A stretch of 64,000 bases of DNA from Lingula anatina (taxonomy: Eukaryota > Animalia > Brachiopoda), in NCBI GenBank assembly GCA_051362555.1, contig CM120648.1, positions 4,398,587 through 4,462,586 of the forward strand. The letters are read 5' to 3'. A model generated the notes under the pieces. The model saw nothing but the letters and a program-made list of their open reading frames with translations, made no database searches and was not told the origin of the DNA. The position numbers were made by a program, and so were the translations under genes. Positions 28,773-42,092 of this stretch are shown in pieces (position 1 is the stretch's first letter; every line of letters starts with the position of its first letter).

Positions 28773-28836
28773 TTACACTCAAGAATTCGCGTTTCAGATA
28801 GCCAGATAGCCAGTCTACTCGAACTACCAAGGCAGA

Positions 28837-30527
28837 ATGACAGCACCACCGCCGCCTGTTATTCCAGAATTCAGCGGTAAGTTCTGTCAAATTATATTGG
28901 AATCTGACGTGAGGTGAATGGAAAGGTGAGGGGGGGGAGATATTCGAAGGCAAATATCTTCGAATGCCAGTGGGGGAAACCATGATGGGAAGTGTTTTTG
29001 TCGCTTCGTGCCATTTCGAATGCTCTCAAATATGCGGAGAAAAACATGTCCAAAACTTCTGAAGCCAATTTGAAATTATGTGTTTAAATATACGTACGAG
29101 TTCTGAGGCAGTTACTGGTTTTTATTCAGTTAGTGGTGGGGGTCATCACGACATCCCGAGGGGGGCATCACGGGGAGGGGGGCATCACGTAAATGAGAGG
29201 TAAGTGGTTATAAATGGCATAGGAATATTAGTGGTAGCTTACGGCCGGACATTTTATGTTATGACGCCCTTCGCCAATCTCTTATCTCCAGCAGGACGAA
29301 GTATTTTTCGCACGCAGATGACCCTGTACAGTAATCTGTCTGATATTTGCTCTCAGTTACCCACAGAAGTAGAGATTCTCTTCTTCTATGATATACCCAA
29401 GTTCTTTCACACAATAAAAAAATTAAAAATTTTTGTTGTAAACCGTTTAGATATTTAAAACTATTATTGGGACCAAAACAGATAAACATTCATTAGAATA
29501 AATTGAAAATATCAGGTCAATTATATGTTTCTGCATATTATTAGACACAAATTGAGGTAATGTGTGGATAAAAGTTATGTAAATTGTTCCTGCATTTTAG
29601 CCCTAACTACATGTAATTTAGGTCTGTCATGGATTAAAAAATATATAAATTATTTAGATATCAGTAAAACATGTATGTGACCTTTCATAGTATTTCAGTA
29701 TCTATTCATTAAAGTTTTGATGGTATCCATGTTCAATATTTACAAGATATTGTATACTGGAGAAAATAAAGAGAGGACAGTCAGTCGTCCATAATGCGCA
29801 TGCCCAACAGAAAACATCCACGATAGCTCTATTAAGACGTGAATTATCCTGCAATTAAGCGAGATTTAGTCGAGAGTTTGGCCAACAATCATCAACAACA
29901 GAGCCAGGCCAATTTTATAATTTTTTTTTATTTTTGGGACTCCTCAGGCTGCTAATAGCCTTGCCGTAGACTGTCTGGATGGCTCCCATATCAATATTGT
30001 CCACCCTGGCGTTGTCTACGCCTTGATCTTTGGCATAAATTTGCATGTAAAATCATTCATTGCAGACCTAATGAGCACGCGTGTCAGAAAATTATCGTCA
30101 TTATAATTCATCAGTGTTGATTCAATGTGTAGATTATGTTTAACTTTGGGGGTTTATCTTAATGTGTCGTGCCGTTTGTTCGCAGAGGCCTTCCTGCATT
30201 TCAATCCATGATCTTGTAATTACATAACTGTGTTTTATCGTCAGAACAGGCATCGAGTGGACTCTCTTGGGATCACGTTTTACGAGACAAAAATTAATAT
30301 CAATTTTCAAAGTTTAGCATTTGTGTTCTTTTTCTAACCCTGCAGCCGAGAATGAATCCGTTAAATTACGATGCCACTGCAGGCCTTGCCGTGTAGTGGG
30401 CGGGGAGATCATTAGGGGATGATGCGGCATAGCTTTCAAGTGATATTTGACACGGACCAGTTAGCCCCCTTTTCTGAATGCAGCCTACGCCGCAACTGAG
30501 ACAAGTGGCCCCCTTGTAGAGGGGCTG

Positions 30528-30571
<44 letters not shown>

Positions 30572-33013
30572 CTTGTTACCCTAGATCCTGGAGAAATGAA
30601 AATAATATAATTACCTCCGCCAAGGAGGTTATGTTTTCACCCCTGTTTGTTTGTTTGTTTGTCTGTCTGTCATCAAAATAACTCAAAAAGTTTTGGATGA
30701 ATTTCGATGGAATTTTCAGGGTAGGTCAGAAATGGGTTAACTTAGAATTGATTAGTTTTTGGTAGTGATCTGGATCAAAAATCAATCAATAATCAATAAT
30801 AATAAAAATTGCTGCCTAGTTGAATATATATTCAGAAGTTTAAATGCTTCTAATATAATTCAGTATTCTATACTTTTTATCAATATAGGACTGGTTCCCA
30901 ACCCTGCAGGCACCGGACTCTTCACGTCTTGTACGAGTCCCTCTCACGGCAACCTCACTACCGCAGTCATGATGCCCAAGTCATGCGCAGACGATACAAG
31001 ATGTGTCACCAACTTCCTCTTCCTCTTTATGGGGTTGTCCAGCCAAGTTTGTCTTTGTCCATTGACATCTACCCCTAATGTCTTAAACGGTACCTGTGAC
31101 CCCAGTAAGTCGACATACGATGACATCTCCCCTATTTAATCGTTAAAATAAAGAATCAAAACACATGTATTAATTTCAATAAGCATATTTCAGCTTTTTT
31201 ATTTTTGTATTAAACGTAGATTTATAATTTTATAAGAAAATTTCAGTAGTTACCTTTGGTGCTGTGACTTCGAGAATGAGCGGTAAAATTGCACCTTTAG
31301 ACAAGCCTTTTAAACGGATTATTTTTTCAACTCTGGACTCGGCTTTGTGAGCACAAATGCCCAAATTAAGGACTCTAGCCACGAATTAATTACCACAACG
31401 TAAAATTACTTGCCACAAGTACAGCGTTTATCCGCTTATCTACCTGTTCGGTACGTTCCATATGAACCGGAGACTGTCGAGAATGCATTTGTGCCGTATA
31501 AAAGAATCTTTGGGGGGTATGTATAGAGCCAAAGACCCGGATGGAAGCTGGCCAAATTGTTTGTGTAATGAAACGCTAAGCTTGAGGCTAGTAATTCTTA
31601 ATTCGTGGTGGGAGACGTTTAATTTGTACATTTGTGGTCCAAAATCTAAGGCTCGTGTTAGAAAACGGCAATTAGGCCTATCTTTTATGAGACCTGAAAC
31701 GGGCCTAGTAAAGCCATATGCATTTTCGTAGGCCTGCGTTATTTACACTTTATCGAAACTTCAAGAAAATCCTCTTTTTATTTTCAGTCCAAGGCAGAGC
31801 CTGCCTAACCTCTGACGAATGTAACATCCTCCCTTTTGATTGTGTGGGTCTTGATAGCTGGAACATTACTGCAGCATACGACCCAGTCTTGCTGAAAGCG
31901 TTTCTCCGGGTAGGCGGATGGAATAGATTCTACTAGGGTTGTCCTAGAAAATATTTTAAGCAGTGGCTAGATGGAAATCATCCCACAAAAAGGCCAAAAT
32001 TTCTGGGATTTGGAGGAAAAGTGGGCTTTAAAATAATTGCAGATCAGCTAATGCAGTGAAGAAGAAAAAACGACATATTTTTTCCATGACTATTTTTCTG
32101 ATTGTTTTGTCTATATTTCTTTCAATTTGCTATGTATTGCGCCGCAGTGGGAAACGCCTTGCTTTGTATGAAACTTTTGTGTTGGTTTATTATACATGTA
32201 CATTTCTGGTACATAAAGTTTCAGCCTTATCGCTGTACTACAAATTCATCTCTATGCACAGATACAGTCTGACTGTTCTGAGGGCCATCACCTGCGTCTG
32301 TCGGCGTCGTCGGCATCGTCCCCATGCACTTTTCAGCGTTAAGGCAATTAATGAAATAGTTTTTGGATTTATTAATTTTACATTTCAGCCCCTTGTGTTC
32401 TACATTTGTTCGAATACTGTTGAGTACCGCACCAGGATTCCATTGTACGTCTGCGCGGCCAGTCAATGCCAGTACTTCCAAACCGCCGCCATAACGCCTT
32501 TCGACCCATTCGGGGGAGGTGGAGGGCTTGGAAGAAAGAGGAGAGATGTGGACGGTACGAAACTGTCTCATATTCCTTTATTTGGCGTATTAGGCACACA
32601 AACCACCATGTGCCACATTACATCCTTTTTTTCTGCGAGTGAACTCTTCAGACGTTGGTGCCATTCATTATTTTTCATTTTCATTATTAATTTTGGGATT
32701 TGAGTTTTTTATATTATTTGTATTCAAAACTTCCTGTAAAACAAAGCGTAATTGCACTTTGAAACACAACCTGAAAACTGCATCTCGGATCTCTTTAAAA
32801 TGAGAAAAATCATAATCTCTTTTTGCAGAAGAGTTGTCCGACCTAGAGGTGTCAGAGGGCCAGAGGGAAGATGCTGTTAACACGCGGGAGAAACGCCAGG
32901 CTGATGAGAAATGCCGACTCATAGCATCGCCTGCTGTCACCTCCATTGAAAAAATGTGGGAATTTCTGTTCGGGGACATTTATCCGTATGGCTGTGAAAA
33001 TATATCAGGCTAG
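28837..33013 (+). CDS. Cluster paralog A: uncharacterised Cys-rich proprotein-like protein, 242 aa
   Basis: Exons 28837-28876 (MTAPPPPVIPEFS), 30889-31104 (GLVPNPAGTGLFTSC...CADDTRCVTNFLFLFMGLSSQVCLCP...TCDP), 31788-31909 (IQGRACLTSDECNILPFDCVGLDSWNI...LLKAFLR), 32389-32554 (PLVFYICSNTVEYR...YVCAASQC...GGGGGLGRKRRDVD), 32829-33013 (...REKRQADEKCRLIASPAVTSIEKMWEFLFGDIYPYGCENISG*). Total 729 nt, open frame, intron phases 1,1,0,1 shared with paralogs B and C. Confidence 0.85.
30611..30790 (+). mobile_element. Helentron/DINE-1-like non-autonomous element fragment
   Basis: TTACCTCCGCCAAGGAGGTTATGTTTTC 5' hairpin followed by a (GTTT)n(GTCT)n microsatellite, the typical layout of these elements; a degenerate copy begins near 51438. 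Confidence 0.6.
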
Positions 33014-34082
33014 CTTTGACGTTATGGCTACAAAATGACATCATCAGCGCAGAATGACGCCATTGCTACATAACGACGTCATGACCACAGAACAATCTCA
33101 TGTCCACAGACAGTGTCGCAACTCTGTTCCTTAACGCGTCACCAATGTGCTTAATGAAAGTTGATTCTTTTTATTTTTCCCAGTCATTTAGCTGTTGGCA
33201 ACGTGATGAGAGAGATATACGATAGACAACTATTGTGCAGACTTTCCTGAATGGTCATCACGACAGTTAAGGGTTTTAATTTTGTTTGAAATGCGTTAAA
33301 GCGTTAAATATGTTTCTGTTGTATCTCCTTTGACAAAAATTGGATTTTTTTTTTTTTTTTTTTGCGTGCGCCAATAATAGACATCACGTATGGCACTATT
33401 GATCGTGTGCCCACCGAAAGTGCAATTTAAAAAGACAAACGGGAAACAAGGACGAAGTACAATGGAATAGGTATTTATTGTGCGATGTGTAAATATGGCA
33501 TAAAGTAAATAGTTTCTAAAGAGACCAGATGTTAATTTTTTATTCACGTTTTTAAAACCAGTTTATAAGTAAAAGCACGAAACAAGGCACGAATAAAGTG
33601 AATGGAAGGTAAAGTCGCAGTGTGTTGTTTGTATGACAGGGGTATTAATTAATGCTTCAAATTTTAAAGAACCCCTGTAATTTGACAGGTATCTGACCGT
33701 GTCCCACATTGTTATCTTCACTCATTATATTTCCATTAAAGAATGACAAACAAATTGACGCATTGAACTGAATGTGTACGACGTAGATTTAGATGACTTT
33801 TTTTCATTTTATACGTGTAAGATGTTTAAGGAACATTAGATAATTAAAGACGCGTTACAGAAGCATGGGGAGCCGATATTTAAGTTACTAACTTTTGTTC
33901 TTTTTTTTTTCTATTTGATAAATTAGATCTATACATCAAAGCCCATGGTCTGTCACAGGGCACCGGTCGTTCTGTTTATAATTACCTCCCCCCCAGGGAG
34001 GTGATATTCCTCAGTTGCAATCCAGTCAAACTACTGGCTTAAGAAAGCGCTGTATCTCAATTATGACATCCAAAGGTTCTCG

Positions 34083-34180
34083 CCAGGAAACACGGAACGT
34101 TATTATAACGTTACTATAACGTTACTATAACGTTATATAAACGTTATGGTAACATTATAATAACGTTCCGTATTTCCTGG
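34083..34180. mobile_element. Small TIR element with internal (ataacgttact)-type repeats between the converging 3' ends of paralogs A and B
   Basis: CCAGGAAACACGGAACGTTATTATAA...TTATAATAACGTTCCGTATTTCCTGG inverted termini. Confidence 0.75.
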
Positions 34181-35109
34181 GTCACTCGCACCCTCCCCTT
34201 CCACGTGTGGCTGTATGTGTATTTGTGATCTTGGTGTTCATCATCATTTTAGAACTGAAATTTAACACTTTTCCAGCTTGCTCCATAATGTCTCTAATAA
34301 TTGCTACGATTTATGCCATGTCTTTTGCACATGAGATAAAACAATTTATTATAACAGGACAATCATATCTACGTACTTTAAACACAACATTATATGCACA
34401 TATAAACATGGAGTCGAAAGCTAAGCGTTTTTGAAACACTATTGTTTTGAATTTATATGCATAATGAAAAAACAACAACAAACAACCCGAGTGCTCAATA
34501 TTTGCTACAGGGTACTAAGAAGCTGCTTGCATGTGTATTGCAGGCTTCAAACAGCTGCCGAAGAACATTTATCTCAGCCTACGATCCTGTTCAGTGTATG
34601 TCACTAAATAGGATTCACTGTGATTAAAATTTGTAACACAGAATTAGAAGTATATTAAGATAAACGAACCCCACTCTTAGCGACTAGACTGCGAGATACT
34701 ATCGCATCGGGGACCGTTGACTGTAGTATCTGTAATCGGGTGCGCTAAGCTAAGGATTTTCACATGGCTGTCAGGGATTTGCGATGGGGTGGGGGGGGGG
34801 GGAGCAGAGGCTGATAGAAATGGAGGAGGGGGGAGAATTGACAAATTTGGCACAGGACCGACAGTGTTAGGGGTTAAGGTTGTAGAATGCACACGAAAGT
34901 AGATTTTTTGTATCTCCTTTTTTGGTATTCCCAACATCTAAAATGTATCTCTATGTACGATACAGAAAGAAAGGTGTTTAGGTGACTCTGACCCCCTCCC
35001 CCCACACCCCTTCGCTAATCTGTTTATATATCTGTCTGCCTTTTTATTTCTGTATATTGCACTTGTTTTAATTATTTCATTTTTAAAGACTTTGTCCAGT
35101 CGCACTACG

Positions 35110-36861
35110 TTATGGCAGGGGTGTCGTACACTGTAACTGAAACATGGGATAGTTTCCTACTATGAGCTCAGTAAATATATTCATCATGGACGACGTAACG
35201 CACTCTTCGTTGGAACCCGAGCCCGTCGACACAGATACACTTGTCTGCTTGACTTCAAGTTTTGCGTCTGATTTGGACTCTTCCCCTTGAACGCTAAGCG
35301 CTTCTTGTCCCGAAGTCTCCAGTGCTCTCAGCCACACTTTAGTGGGGTCCACGTCGCCCACGTCCTGGTTACGACGCAAATCTGGATCATGTGAAGAGGA
35401 ATAATCGTTAAAAGAGATGAGAGAGATGTCCGAAAGAACAATTCAGTTTGTATTAATCCACGGGCTGACTTGATCATTGAGTATTACGACATAAAATCCA
35501 ATAAACTGAGGCTACTTTTACTGATGAAGTCATGAGTAATTGAATCAACGTAGAATTAGAAAGATATTAAACTATGGTATTATATACATGTCGCCATGTT
35601 ACTTGTCGCAATGCCGTAATTAAAAAGCAGAAAAGAAGAGTAATTTCGGATGGGGTCAACGAAACACAACAAATTACATAAAAATGTTGCACTTCACTTG
35701 CACTGTAAATGTTTTGATAGGTTATTAAAATAATACATGTTTTTTCTCACCGTCCAAATCTCTCTTCTTCCTTCCAAAGCCGGGGACTCCGGGGATGCCA
35801 GTGGGAATACCCGACGACAACCCAACAAAGACACACACGTTGGCAACACACGCATAATTGGGTATCACTACCCGGAACTCAATGGTGTTACTGCAGATAT
35901 AGAACACCAACGGCTGGAAGACAAAGGGTGTGACAAACGTTAGCGGCCAATAACAGATCAAGAGGCAGATAATTTTACTGGACTATGTTGCAACACCAAG
36001 ATAAGCACACACGCCAACAACATCCACTGGACCGATTTTGCTGGTCAAATCGCCCCAAACGTGAGGTATTCGGGTAGCAAAACCATCGAATAAGCAGTCC
36101 CACAGTAAGAAGGCGCCTCCAACAACATAACCTCCTTGCATACAGATCCTCCTGAGGAAATGTCTGACTGTCATCCGACGCCCAAATCGCTTACTACAAT
36201 GTGCAGCCAGCATATCATGGCTGCAACAGTGCCGAGATGTTTACATACTCCAACAGTACCCTCCACCAGAGCCGCAGTTATTATTGTGGGCATTTTTGCT
36301 GATTGAGCGCCAAAATGACAGTCTATTTATCTATCTATAGACATATCTGTGAATATCTGTGGAAAATCAAGCTGTCGCCTGGTAGAGGGTACTCCAACAG
36401 GACAATGCTCGTTCCCATTCAGCACGTGTCACCACATCATATCTCCAGGATGATCAGGCTGTGGCTGTCCCACAGTGACCCACACGTTCCCCAGATCTAA
36501 ATCCATTTGGGCAGACAGGTCGCCCAGAGTAACCCACTTCCTAAACGCAGGCAGCAGCTGGGGCAGGCACTCCACGAGGAGTGAAACCGTATCACACAAG
36601 AAGTAATCCAATGATAGCCATAGTGCACTTGCATGTGTCTGAGACTACCGTCCAAATGTCTTCTTATTTCAGTTTGCATGTCTTAAATGTGATACTTTGA
36701 TAACACATTATCATAAAAGTGTAGGCTACGTTGTCATTGACGACCAGTATATTAATATGTAAAATAATATATAAACATGGAAATTTAATAAGACAATACT
36801 ATAGAAATATATAAAAAGCACAACTTAGACTTTGGTAACGTTGGTGCACAAAAGTCATATT

Positions 36862-36900
<39 letters not shown>

Positions 36901-37124
36901 ATATGATCCTAAAAAACAAGGATTTAGGCTGACATACTATAGCAAAGAAACCCTATGCGCTTACCGTTAGAAAGTCCTTGAGGGTGGTATCTATATTCCA
37001 GTTAGTTAACCCAACACAGTCGTACGGACGAAAAGAACAATCCACATTTGACGTACATGCACTGCCTTGGACTGTAATTAATATGATTAATAGGTGAACT
37101 ACAAATTAAAAGGATGAAAAAAAT

Positions 37125-37166
<42 letters not shown>

Positions 37167-38721
37167 AACGCAAATAAATTAATAAAAAATCATCGGACAG
37201 GATAAACAAGTAAGCTAATTTCAGACTGTTATCCCTTATTGGAGCCATTATCGTTGTGATAACCGCATATTAATAACAAGCTATATGCCACACAAAGCCA
37301 TACATAGGGCCGAAATATTATTAATGCCTATTGTATTTCGTCATCTTGGTCGAACATTAACGAGTCCAGAAAGAGTATAAGTGAAAATTTTCATACTCAA
37401 CAAAAATAATATTATGATTACTCTTAGGCAGCGTATTTGCTAATGAATCAATGTTTTCTATACATATATATATATATATATATAGTGTTACGAACTATTT
37501 TTTCTTGCGCATTTGTTAACTAATCAATAGTGGTGTCACGTTCTGAGCAGACGATACATGCATGACCTCTCCGCACTGTGTACATACCACTTTTCATTCA
37601 TTATCGAGTTATTTAACGGAGATATAGTCACGGAGGTAAACTATGTAAAAGATGGTTATAAGGGGAAATCTAGTCGGGCGTTAACCTTTTTAATGACTGG
37701 TCATGAATCCACAATGCCCGAGCTTACAAGAGAATTGTGGAGTCACGGCCAGTCATTAAAAAGGTTATCATGAATCCCGTTATTGTCATATTACGGGAGA
37801 TGGCAACAGGGGCCATTATCTAATGACTCAAACAAAACTTATTGCATATGCTTGTTTTCTAAATCTGTTGTCAAGGAGTATCTTGGATGTCAGATGGGAG
37901 GGGTGTGTAAAGGGTCTGGGTTAATAGGTTAATAGATCTAACTCCGTGAAATCGCATTTTTATCTTTGCCAATGTCATAGAGGAAGAGTGTTTACACCTG
38001 GTAGATCACGGGAGGAGATCGTAAATGGACCATGGGCGGTTAACCATTTCTGCTGGTAGCACCGGGAAGTTGCGTACAGGAGAGAGAGAGAGAGAGGGGG
38101 GGGGGGGGGGGAAGGGAGGGGAGGGAAATCTACAGCAACACCAAAAACACTAGAGACAAATTCAATATTGACTTACTTGGAGTGCACCCTGACCCTGGAG
38201 GTGATGTTGGGACTGTGGTCATCGGACATAGGCATACTTGGTATGATAAGGAAGCGAAGAAGAAAAAGAAGTTCCTGACGCACAGGGTGTTGTCAGCACA
38301 CTGCCTGGGCAGAATCACCGCAGTCGTTGAGTTGGTTTCAGGGCCAACACAAGGGCGGAACAAACCGGTTCCTGTTGTGTCATCTAAAGGTCCTGAAAGA
38401 AAGCAAAACATTTTCCAAAAATAAGTAAACAAATAACCTCCAGCTACAAGCGAATCAAGAACAAATTTGGAAATTACTAAAGAATTTGCTCGAATGAGAG
38501 ATAGAGAGAGAGAGAGAGTAGATCAAATAATGAAAAATTTAAATCACACTGAGCATTTGAAACTGATGTTTTAAAGTAATGTACAGTAGGCCAGTGGGTG
38601 TGGTCGCGAAAGCCTCTACCAGAGGGCACTTTAGGCTCGACAACATGAAATTTGATATTGCGCTATATTGCGTTGAACAGACACTCAATGGAAAGGACAG
38701 TGAAAATAGGTCTTTTGTTGC

Positions 38722-38802
<81 letters not shown>

Positions 38803-38857
38803 GTTTGTGATGCTGACAATAAATCTGTAACTTACCGCCGGGAAAGGGGATGTCCAT
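35110..38857 (-). CDS. Cluster paralog B: uncharacterised Cys-rich proprotein-like protein, 259 aa
   Basis: Exons 38857-38836 (MDIPFPG), 38392-38177 (GPLDDTTGTGLFRPC...CADNTLCVRNFFFFFASLSYQVCLCP...GCTP), 37071-36965 (IQGSACTSNVDCSFRPYDCVGLTNWNIDTTLKDFLT), 35913-35751 (PLVFYICSNTIEFR...YACVANVC...GVPGFGRKKRDLD), 35381-35110 (...TKVWLRAL...CVTSSMMNIFTELIVGNYPMFQLQCTTPLP*). Total 780 nt, open frame. Confidence 0.85.
36257..36391. mobile_element. MULE-like MITE, internally deleted copy, paralog B intron
   Basis: TACCCTCCACCAG...CTGGTAGAGGGTA termini with 9-bp flanking duplication CTCCAACAG; right arm matches 53641-53811. Confidence 0.75.
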
Positions 38858-40120
38858 AATTTACTATTATCTCTCTCGGGCTACTCACGTCAAGTTTTTT
38901 CCCCTACGGTACAGTTTGGTGGGAAGGCCTCCAGAAAATTCTACGACGAAAAAAAAATAATATTGAGGCAAAAAAACATGCAAGTATGAAGCTCTTTCGA
39001 TGCTGTACCTGTGCAAAATACCTGTCAGCCGCTCCTGTACTATACATGTATAGAATAACCAAACCTTAACCTCTCACACAGAGTATACCGATAAAACGTC
39101 ATTTCAGAGCGTGTTGGTTTATTATTCTTCATAATGAAGAAAGAAGACGATAATGACCTTCATTTTTCTCTATTCTCAGTTTAGCCGACTCCATCACGAA
39201 GCTCATTAGGGACCACTGGTAGTTAAACGTTTTTTAATTAGAGTTTAACTTTTTGGTGAAATTATCATTATCTTTTCGGACGTGTAATGCCTGCAATCAA
39301 AATATGACTATAATTAAAATTAGACTATTTTAAGTTCGATATGAAAAAGAAAGAAAAAGAGACTGAAACCGTATCTCATACTTAAAATTTCTATCAAAAA
39401 GTTTTTTACAAGGTCAAAATACCCTTTTACAAATGGGTTCTGCCAAAAGTCCCAGAGGATAAATTGCTTGACAAAACCAAATACGTGCATTTGGATTTTC
39501 GTTGCTGTGCACGAGTAAGAAACGCGTTATTTCCTCATCAGTTTTAGTCTGTTAACTGTTGAACAAATGAAAAAAATTAATTAATAAGTAAAATGCCCTT
39601 ATAATCAGAGACAGATTTGAAAAAATTCTTTTATCGTTCATCTGGAGTCATTTTCAGGGCAGCGTGACACCTGCATTAACCTAGCCAGCGTGTAAAGACA
39701 TTAGGAACGGCTTAATAAGTAGAGGGACGGAGCTCAGTGGTTTTGGCTCATGTCTCCGCATAAACTACAGTTCCATCTTCTGGTTAACACAGAAGTTTTC
39801 ACTCTACTACCTAGCACGTAAGAACCTATGGGCAATTTTTTTTACAAAATAATAATGATAATAACAACAATAAATATATGAATAATAATGTAAGTGAAGA
39901 AATAATGAAACTAATAACAAAATTGGAAAAATGGATAAAAATGCAAGTTCGTTCAAAAGCGCCTTCTTACTGTTAGTGCCAAGTTTATATCTTCCCTTAC
40001 TTCCTCACTTTCGTCACTCTTTCCTATTCATCTCCTGTCAAAACAGACGGTCTCAGTACCATTGTGATATAAATTAAACCAAATCAGCAAAAATCCACCA
40101 TTTTATAGGTATATTTGAGG

Positions 40121-40277
40121 CAGGCGCGGATCCAGAGATATTTTCTGACAGTCTTCCAAATTATCTTTGTTGATCGATCCTCCATTTTTGACCGTTTTCC
40201 GACAGAAAAAAAATTAGAAACCCGTCAATGTAAACTTGAATATCTGACCGTCTTCCGGAAAACCCAGAAGACCCAGA
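40121..40277. mobile_element. MITE family 2, 3'-truncated copy
   Basis: Shares cagagatattttctgacagtcttccaaa...gtcttccggaa.acccagaagac with 16531-16697. Confidence 0.8.
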
Positions 40278-40299
40278 ATCAGAAACACTCTTTTCTTAC

Positions 40300-40430
40300 C
40301 TGATGTTTCTTATGGCATCTGTCGTGAATTCTGGGCCTACCTAGGCGCAGCTGTCCTATTTGTAGCTTCAGGTGTTGCTAATGAATAAGAGGAACTTTGG
40401 GCTGATGGGCCATTGATAGGTCACCTATAA
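40300..40430 (-). other. Candidate TATA-like element plus non-coding first exon of paralog B
   Basis: On - strand: TTATAG near 40425-40430, then ~100 nt ending at a strong donor CATCAG/GTAAGA at 40300/40299. Inference only. Confidence 0.3.
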
Positions 40431-40717
40431 TGCAATGAAGGAGATTAGCCTGTGTCCAAGGCGCCTATTTGCAAAGATAAGTACAGTTACTTACTATGTG
40501 TATAATTACTTTAATGCAAGTAAGAACAGCAGAGTAAGTTGTAACTTTATAGTATAAGAAAATTTTTCTAAATTATTTCCATTTTCTGTTAACGCATACA
40601 CGCGCTGACGCACGCGCACATACGCACTTATTAATAGTTTTGCACCTACAAATATATCAATGATCTGCCCTCTAATATTGGATCATATCCATGCTATCAA
40701 AAATACTGGTATTATCC

Positions 40718-40986
40718 AGTGGCGAATTTAGGAGGGTATCAGGGGGTTCTGAAAAAAATCACCGATGGTCCTCTCTTGAGATAAGAATTTGGACTAGCTG
40801 AATCATAGTTCTAAACAGTAACTAATGGCACCTTTCGCCCTCTAAAATACCAAAATTTTGGGTGTTTTAGTATCAGATCATTTTCCGAGCAATTGAGATA
40901 TTTCTTTCCCACGCCATAGGGAGGGGGATCGGCTCGCATCCGCGGACGCCTCCCCCCCCCTTCAAATAATCCTGGATCCGCCCCTG
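40718..40986. mobile_element. Further CAG...CTG-ended MITE-like element
   Basis: CAGTGGCGAATTTAGGA...TCCTGGATCCGCCCCTG imperfect terminal inverted repeats. Confidence 0.5.
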
Positions 40987-41882
40987 GTATAAGCAAAGAT
41001 CAACAAAGAATTCGAACTAAAAGTAAATGATCATTATACTAGTTATCATCATGATTTGTTATTATTTATGTAATTAAATGAGTTTTAACAATCAATATCT
41101 AATAAGTAACTTGTATAAAACTTGAACGCTAACTTTCTAAAATATATATTGAGACAAGTCAGATAACCACACATCTTGTAAGGATTCGCCAGTGTTCACT
41201 TTTATTGTTCGTCTTCCTTGGTATCCGCTATCTATGTGTTCCTTTCTACATGTATGTCCGCGCGCGAACAATAATCGTAATTACTTAATCACATTCTAAT
41301 AGCTATTCGCCTTCCAATTAGGCTTGGCTTATGCATAGCAATTATTAATTAAATGAAATATCACGGGCTTTCGTAATAGCCACTCGTGTATATGAAGCAC
41401 ATTAAATGTTTAATTAATTACAGTCTTTATTTAATCTTTATTTAGCACGAAACGAATTATCCTAAAAATCCAATAATTTTCTTTTTAATCTGCCCGTGAC
41501 ACTGTCACCGTTGTGATCTGCATGTATATAGCTTCATGTTTCGCAGGACTAAGAAGAGTGCCAAAGTAGTTAATGCAAGGCAAGAAATACTTAGTAAAAA
41601 GAGTAGAATGTGCTCAGACTGTACAGTATGATGATTTTTGCGGTTCATATTTTTTTAAAAGATCGCGCCATAAAATCTCGGTTTAAGTAATTTTAAGTTA
41701 ATTAAAAGAAAAAAATTAATGCAACAGATCTAATTTACTCTAGCACCAGGACAACTATAAGATTACATAAATGGTAATATAAAGTTGAGTGACCCACTAA
41801 AAAGTTATCAAAACATTCTCTTGAATTAACTTTTTCCTGGTTTTATCGGCTTTTGTGTGAAATTAATCCACATTACATATAC

Positions 41883-42092
41883 ACCCCATTTCCATAGATT
41901 AGATCGACCTACTTTGGATCGACCTAACTCCCTGGGGGTTCGCGCTGAATAGCTGTCAGCCAGGCGGACACGAAAGTTAATTGCCCCTTACGGCTTGTAG
42001 TGGGCGGGGACGGACACTTAAGGGGGATTATCTGACGGTAGTCTGGTGAGACTCCCCGCGGTGATAGATCGATCTAAAGTTGTGGGAATAGA
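41883..42092. repeat. Second copy (inverted) of the 24247-24456 repeat
   Basis: Clear reverse-complement similarity over ~200 bp. Confidence 0.8.

Noticed and set aside
32056-32703. 215-aa ORF, the longest in the track
   Set aside because: Only 32389-32554 aligns with paralogs and is bounded by AG/GT; the rest is open intron by chance.
35983-36680. GC-richer intronic block in paralog B with short ORFs and an LIILGD-like string suggestive of a LINE endonuclease
   Set aside because: Too degenerate to assign by eye; may be an old retroelement fragment but is not supportable without a search.
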